This document shows positions 61,492 through 64,000 of a DNA stretch of 64,000 bases, one piece after another. This stretch comes from Nitrospirota bacterium (GTDB lineage: Bacteria > Nitrospirota > UBA9217): the NCBI GenBank assembly GCA_963754875.1, contig CAVWHO010000015.1, positions 128,001 through 192,000 of the forward strand, given 5' to 3'. The notes beneath the pieces are model-generated. The model was not told where the DNA came from. It ran no database searches and was given only the letters and a program-made list of their open reading frames with translations. Positions within the stretch are counted from its first letter, which is position 1. Each line of letters opens with the position of its first letter. A program made the translations under genes and the position numbers.

Positions 61492-61731
61492 TCAGAGCAG
61501 GTTTGCAGACTCGTCCATGACCTGCTTTGCGTAGGAAACGGTCAAAAGCTGCAGGAACCGCTTCGGGCTGATCCCGGCCCAGCGCTTGAAAAGCCGCTCG
61601 AAATGGTACTCGCTCAGGTGGACCGCCTGGGCGATTTTCTTTAGATCAGGCTGCTCGCGGAAATGTTTCTCCAGGAAGAGAATGGCCTTTTCAATGCGCT
61701 CGTAATCTTTTGCCAGTGATTCTCGGTTCAT
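61492..61731 (-). pseudogene. Truncated duplicate of the ada 5' end (79 aa)
   Basis: Identical to the first 79 aa of 55607..56455, then a stop. Confidence 0.88.
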
Positions 61732-61855
61732 GGTAAATACCTCATCTTGATGTTATCATAACGCGGTGTGTATGCCGACACAACCCGATTCTTGCTCTTT
61801 TTGGGACCACCAAAGGCTGTCATCGATGAAAGCTCCAGAAAGATTCTCGTACTTT
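61496..61855. repeat. 360-bp direct repeat, copy 2
   Basis: Offset 5276 bp from copy 1. Confidence 0.93.
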
Positions 61856-61964
61856 TGTTGAATTGATATTATTTCAGGCAGTGGTATCTTTTAAGCAGAA
61901 GTGTTGAGCATCAGGGGCGCACCGCGCTCAAGTGTACAATAAGGAGATGAAGACATGAAAATAA

Positions 61965-62520
61965 GTGAATTACCCCGCAGCAGAGCTGCGGGGCATCCTA
62001 AATGCGCTAGAACCTAAAGCCAACTTGCTCATCATGCTGATACCGAATATACTTTCTTATAACTTCTGCCGTTACTTTGTCGCCAACCGAACGGACAAAG
62101 TAGCCGTCATTCCAGAGTTCTCCTCCCCAAAGTTTTTTCTTTATCTCGGGGAATTCTCGAAACATCATCTTTGCCGATATGCTTTTGATTATCTGTACTA
62201 CCCTCGCTGGAGCATACTTCGGTGGCACAACCAAAAACAAATGCACATGATCATCCATTGCTTCCATCGTATCTATTTCAAATTCATATCGCTCTGCGAT
62301 CTCACGAAATATCTCTTTCAGTCTCGTCGTCATTCGATCGCTGAACAGCTTCCTTCGATATTTTGGTATCCATACAAAATGGTACTTCAGATCATAGACG
62401 CTATGTTTGCTTCTTCTCAATGGGCTCATGGCCCGTATTGTAACAGATTCTCATCCTGACTTCGTCAGGATATCCTTTTCATCCCAGCAGCAGAGCTGCT
62501 GGGTATTTCAGGATGTTTTT
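61965..62520 (-). mobile_element. Minimal IS200-type element (tnpA only, 556 bp)
   Basis: Near-identical sub-terminal hairpins (CCCGCAGCAGAGCTGCGGG, CCCAGCAGCAGAGCTGCTGGG), right end TCAC, target TTAT, no TSD. Confidence 0.9.
62007..62429 (-). CDS. tnpA: IS200/IS605 Y1 HUH transposase
   Basis: YHFVWIPKYRR, DHVHL, LW..GYFV.SVG, YI..Q. Confidence 0.96.
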   Translation of the reverse strand: MSPLRRSKHSVYDLKYHFVWIPKYRRKLFSDRMTTRLKEIFREIAERYEFEIDTMEAMDDHVHLFLVVPPKYAPARVVQIIKSISAKMMFREFPEIKKKLWGGELWNDGYFVRSVGDKVTAEVIRKYIRYQHDEQVGFRF

Positions 62521-63212
62521 ATAAAATTGGTATCGTCGGATCAGGCAGTATCGGGGGAACGCTTGGAATTCTGCTCGCAAAGGCAGGTTACGAGATCTTC
62601 TATAGTTCAAGACATCCCGGTACTCTCAAAGACCTCGTCAGGATTGCCGGGGCCAAAGCCCGCGCCGGGACCGTGGCCGAAGCAATCGCATTTGGAGAGG
62701 TGATCGTGCTGTCAGTTCCCTTGAAGGCCATACCGGAGCTTGACGCTGAAACAAAGGAGTCCCTGAAGAGCAAGATTGTGATTGACACGTCGAATCCTTA
62801 TCCTCAGAGAGACGGGACGATTGCAGAAGAGGCAAGGAAAGAACCGGGTGGCATGGGCACTTTTGTGGCCCGTCTTCTACCGGGCGCAAGGATAGTAAGG
62901 GCGTTCAATACGGTTTATTCTGAAGACCTCAAGAAAACAGTGAACAACAAGGGTGAAAAAATCGGGATTCCGATAGCCGCCGACGACGAGGAAGGATTGA
63001 AAGCCACCGCTGAGCTCGTGGAGCAGGCGGGTCTTGACCCTGTTGTCGTAGGAGGCTTGAGCACATCGAAATTGTTCGATGTGGGAGCAGCTGTGTATGC
63101 AACGAGCGCCCCGGCAAGAGAGATCAGGGAAAAATTAAACTTAAAACCTGCCGGGTCAAGGCGTGCGGCTTAGTCGGATCGAGAAGAGGGATTATTCAAC
63201 AGGAGGTTGGCT

Positions 63213-63419
63213 ATGGAGACACTTTCTCAAAAATGCGTGGATATCAATGCGGTCGGTTCATTCTGCGACTGCATCGCCGGCGAGGAACCCGTGGATCCGG
63301 CGGCAGAGGCATTCTGCAACCGGGCGAAGTCCGATAAAAACATCACTGGCGAGGATCTGGCCGAGTTGAAAATGGCGTTGATAGATCTGGAAGATGATGC
63401 ATGCTGCTGCGACTGCTAG
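63213..63419 (+). CDS. Small Cys-rich acidic hypothetical protein (68 aa)
   Basis: RBS AGGAGG; 8 Cys; ends in CCCDC. Confidence 0.7.
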   Translation: METLSQKCVDINAVGSFCDCIAGEEPVDPAAEAFCNRAKSDKNITGEDLAELKMALIDLEDDACCCDC

Positions 63420-63468
63420 GAAAGAGGGCTGCGGCTTCACCCCAGGGCGGCACGGAAAAACCGACAGG

Positions 63469-63545
63469 ATGTCAAGAAAGCAGACCGGACCCTCAGATGC
63501 TAAACTGGCAAAGTCTAACATTAAAGGCCTGCCCCCTCAGATGTT
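63469..63545. repeat. Two degenerate copies of the IS110 target-like motif
   Basis: atgtcaagaaagcagaccggaccctcagatgct and gtctaacattaaaggcctgccccctcagatgtt. Confidence 0.55.
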
Positions 63546-63612
63546 TGCGTGCTGCAGAACCTGAGGAGAAAGAAGGTACGGACTGAGGGTGAGGTGCAGC
63601 TGTGGTTGGACC

Positions 63613-63747
63613 CTATACGCCTCTGCTTTTTACCTCAAAGGAGCTTTTCTGCTGCTTGTCCTTCTGCTGCTGCACTTCATGTACATGCTTCATTGTTTTC
63701 TGCTTCTGGCTCTTTTCCTTGCCCTTCCTGCCGCCCTTGTCTCCCAT
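63613..63747 (-). CDS. Small K/Q-rich hypothetical protein (44 aa; not in the ORF track)
   Basis: MGDKGGRKGKEKSQKQKTMKHVHEVQQQKDKQQKSSFEVKSRGV; RBS AAGGAG. Confidence 0.65.
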   Translation of the reverse strand: MGDKGGRKGKEKSQKQKTMKHVHEVQQQKDKQQKSSFEVKSRGV

Positions 63748-64000
63748 TGCGCGTCTCCTTTTTCTACCTGAATAGTGTGCATTTGATTATTATACCATTT
63801 ATTTTTCTTGTCAGGGGCACAGGAGAGATCGGGAGGGGATGATATTGTTATAAAAGGGAAAGAGGTAAATGAGGGTTTCTACTTCTCGATCCTGGACATG
63901 CATGCCAAACATTAACGGGCTGTTGCCCAAATCATATTGAGAAAGCCGCTAAGTAATGCTATATTGCTGCGACGTTAATCATGACATGAGGATTCGATAG

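Larger units (their letters stand above)
61955..63173 (+). pseudogene. NADP oxidoreductase (F420-dependent family) interrupted by IS200
   Basis: Removing 61965-62520 restores MKINKIGIVGSGSIGG... in frame with DTSNP and VRAFNT; RBS AAGGAG. Confidence 0.88.

Noticed and set aside
61965..62520. TnpB/IscB RNA-guided nuclease or IStron associated with the IS200
   Set aside because: The element has room only for tnpA and its end hairpins; no RuvC ORF or group I intron.

Overview
Bacterial chromosomal window, GC-rich (visually about 55-60%). The gene set and protein style suggest Nitrospirota or a deltaproteobacterium; this taxonomy is inference only. About 53 kb is a flagellar/chemotaxis supercluster. 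From left to right: a FleS-like kinase, a TPR gene and a sigma54 activator on the minus strand; fliLMNOPQR-flhBAFG-fliA; a sigma28-driven che operon (HEAT-repeat protein, cheR, REC, cheY, cheA lacking P2, a CheW-CheZ fusion, hemerythrin, cheB); a sensory island (3 MCPs, Cache, cheW, HDOD, REC-PP2C-kinase plus STAS, PAS-GGDEF-EAL, PstS-like protein plus hybrid kinase); fliK-flgDE; and flgFGAHIJMNKL. Clear sigma54 and sigma28 promoters and two candidate enhancer motifs can be read directly. The last 11 kb is accessory: an adenylate cyclase-PilZ fusion with a TPR lipoprotein, ada, an IS1111-group IS110 element with a candidate bridge/seek RNA and readable target motif, an AsmA-like gene, a 360-bp duplication, a minimal IS200 interrupting an NADP oxidoreductase gene, and small ORFs. 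Several genes (at 1-0.4 kb, 46-49 kb, 53-54 kb and 60-61 kb) carry single-base insertions that are most likely long-read assembly errors. No rRNA, tRNA or CRISPR array was seen.
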